DNA of 64,000 nucleotides from positions 736,001 to 800,000 of the forward strand of contig OY781092.1 of assembly GCA_963676615.1 (NCBI GenBank), in the 5' to 3' direction. The translations under genes and the position numbers were made by a program. Below, in pieces: positions 63,601 through 64,000 of the stretch (the first letter of the stretch is position 1; the number at the start of each line of letters is the position of its first letter). Under the pieces are notes generated by a model. That model ran no database searches, was not told where the DNA came from, and saw only the letters and a program-made list of their open reading frames with translations. This DNA is from Candidatus Cloacimonadota bacterium (GTDB lineage: Bacteria > Cloacimonadota > Cloacimonadia > G963667145).

Positions 63601-64000
63601 CCAGTATTGCCAGCAACCTCCGCAGAATCGCCGAAATGGTACTCTTTGCTATCCACTGGAGCCTCGCCACTAGCGGCGCCATTGGCAGAATAAGTCAGGC
63701 TGTAATCAATTGTATCCCAGATAGCATAAAGACTAAAATTCCCCGCAGGCATCGTAAAATCGGCGCTTTGGGCATCTCCTTTGCCGTCTGCCTCCGTATT
63801 CCACGAATTAAAAATGTAGCCATCTCGATGTATCGTGCCACCATTTTTTAGAGTAACCAAAGCCCCATAAGGGTGGCTAATCTCCTCTTTTTCGCCGCTA
63901 CCGTCGTTATAATAATAGGTCAAAAGATAATTTTGCCTTATCCAAACAGGATACAAATCCAGATTTTGCACAAGGTTTATCTCTTGCAACGGAGAATACT
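57663..64000 (-). CDS. Giant surface protein (>2108 aa; 5' end beyond window): InlB B-repeats, GH19 chitinase, Cna/carboxypeptidase-regulatory-like domains, GH18-like domain, Ig-like domain, CBM5/12-like module
   Basis: Repeated GY.F.GW...LYA.W units; GH19 motifs RELAAFLAQ..KET, YFGRGPLQLSWNGNYG, AIWFW, IINGELE (about 61138-61900); GH18-like YGFDG...GFAAWSVDWD (about 58340-59290); frame open to the window edge. Confidence 0.88.
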   Translation of the reverse strand, partial: YSPLQEINLVQNLDLYPVWIRQNYLLTYYYNDGSGEKEEISHPYGALVTLKNGGTIHRDGYIFNSWNTEADGKGDAQSADFTMPAGNFSLYAIWDTIDYSLTYSANGAASGEAPVDSKEYHFGDSAEVAGNTGGMLKPGYTFVGWNSLADTTGDNYLAGFKIRVVSDTTIYAKWHINSYRIEFRLDEADYGDSVKKFSQFLELPKPVRAHYYFDGWYQTTGYSGDKFTETLVVTEDDTLFGRMLKRSYEVNYQVLKPDGSTIDSALTKEYEQFADFPVVSLANHHLDGWYSAADFSGEKLTDAVQVVADTTYYARFLIDSYLVKIVIEDVDGSKQELDSLKAAGSELFFPNFAAEGKSLHGWWQNSDYTIGKIDAPKMTVLAPDTLFGYWETDSFLVNYYYDFEGATSKEDTLVAYGESLIAPSPSEEYYTLDAWYSDVSYEAAKKIDFDDYKVVAADTLYARWLPKVYDIYRFDGEQILDTLQGDYNTSLQLTPIAKENYDFEGWYFAPSLSPDQKIASEQLVVQGVDSLFGKWTLKNYQLSYFSDKQTAGEPPIAASYPYGEKVAVSSRGSLERSDYVFAGWCFDSAGAGDTLSWDKKDSIFILSDTTLYAMWTPETFQISYNSNGGTGLQVDNSAYVKNDLATVKDAGDLAKTGYIFDGWNTKADGTGAVYQANDQISVSGNVVLYAMWKVWVENLSNLMSETQFNAWFPSRNTGTPADILDKNLFNYSSFEQAASKYPKFLGEGSQEDKKRELAAFLAQSAKETGGSSIDYIQGYYFPKEQNPLSDYVQNSVEYPAVAGKAYFGRGPLQLSWNGNYGQASQAIYGDKSVLLENPDKLFEDPVAFWESAIWFWMTPQGKKPSCHAAIIGGWDAPTSLSKKEQVYNRLFVGYGLTINIINGELEAGNAENNPTRVADADAKVESRVGFYNHFCANLGVEPGENTDCENAYPFNNLQVLPDGYGFPIEGEIVDYSSEPFQGFPAELYKSSDNSLVSSAISDKNGEFVLNAEVGDYYLKLDLSKFEVYKADFSHQYKGDENIPVEVIEGVARLPKLAVSYIGPALKITGNVATSAGTPVAGVVVEASGDFAQSVQTDAAGNYAFDDVTAGASVVISCAKDGYSIESKSGESPFVVDIVRDENVDFVATNFAKPNIVADKIFTYFYDGEFLASEEISMGVGFNSGAIYDFVSGGAKAFAGQSGKEIYTDAKNFNGDYLTYGRISASGGEYDYKYFVNSHKLSSGLKVESEDVILPFYSDASVNKAITVRARNSVTWQDLAGVTIKVTDASGNSYGGLTDANGVAIVNGLSNGRNYTVEALQPGAEFYPAKQYLQFNEFADLQVFGAVSGDYAILSFVVNGGSAVEPITGASPYTVASLPTPSKANRVFDGWYLDNGLYNPVILPLTISQSKTVYAKWDYVRRNIRFDVNGGQEIADMQVIKDSLMESPEAVRQGYDLEGWYSDASLSTKISFPFAPTGDMTMYAKWAAKSYSLNYYANGGSGTVPPDGNYAFDQEVVLPAAAGLSKSGYNFVGWNTKNDGSGINLMPGESFRMASNTSLYANWQQINASVAGKMVAGYWYGGNLGVVWDDGTSVQSVDVPFSDFANPSSPAYEYDVVCVAFAIPQTNGSSVASFAAPAGFSKATVQAAQATGKKVLIAVGDTTQGLHFSIANSSEKDAFVASLKTIIGNYGFDGVEIFVQARLADNQVLVDNYSYLDEACAELVDYYRGGSDPDFMFTASPEIPMCKAPNFYYGWLNDEEIKSRIDYVAPKLYNQRSWAVNVGGSEISVDNTSFADFAVACTRAFTGEDANYPSYDLDKFVVNIAANKYAADAISEDESPMRGYALDESQLKRVWNNLGSLNKKPRGFAAWSVDWDAKGSWEFVESATQAIVEEVHFGFATGKEMLEVYYNFEAQDALELINAFGTGGNAKMEIVSGKLPQGMSMSYNGVISGKSTELGVHKIKVKASYSSYEDYYDYEVRVLNIPAWVSSSKMIEVGGYVHHDGKIYRGLAGNMTNEPGVVDWAWEYVTDYVAPSNRVLYNVNGGIGSQEDATIYASGQTVTVKNQNDMSKEGYVFAGWNTSPDGSGTSYGVGSTFTFDQPIVLYAMWEKI

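Noticed and set aside
59001..63851. Long plus-strand ORFs (59001-60269, 60714-62123, 62451-63851; 422-469 aa)
   Set aside because: Antisense to the giant protein gene, rich in R/I/H/Q with no recognisable motifs; explained by strand skew suppressing stop codons

Overview
Gene-dense chromosomal window from a diderm, probably anaerobic bacterium. OMPLA, PorT-like and FadL-like barrels hint at the FCB group, while Shine-Dalgarno and TTGAC promoter use argue against typical Bacteroidia; taxonomy is inference only. Housekeeping genes include sppA, hisS, mnmG, birA, eno, leuS, ttcA, mtnA, mazG, asnS, dapB, dxr, smpB and argC-J-A-B/argG. Also present are emrAB, ugd and a capD-like gene, three tandem rarD paralogs, and scattered purine-catabolism genes (a xanthine-dehydrogenase-like Mo-FAD fusion plus FeS subunit, an SsnA-like amidohydrolase and a BMP-type nucleoside ABC transporter). 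Most notable observations: (1) by eye, the tetramer ACGT never occurs in the 64 kb; (2) an AT-rich MTase-AIPR-TdeIII-family restriction cassette is inserted seamlessly inside the arginine operon; (3) a >2100-aa surface protein combines B-repeats, an apparently active GH19 chitinase, a catalytically degenerate GH18 domain and a CBM, has a stalk packed with D-(S/T)-hydrophobic O-glycosylation-like motifs, and is followed by a dead M30 metallopeptidase; (4) atpG is an orphan; (5) promoters have a conserved TTGAC but a nearly erased -10. No tRNA, rRNA, CRISPR array or transposase was recognised.
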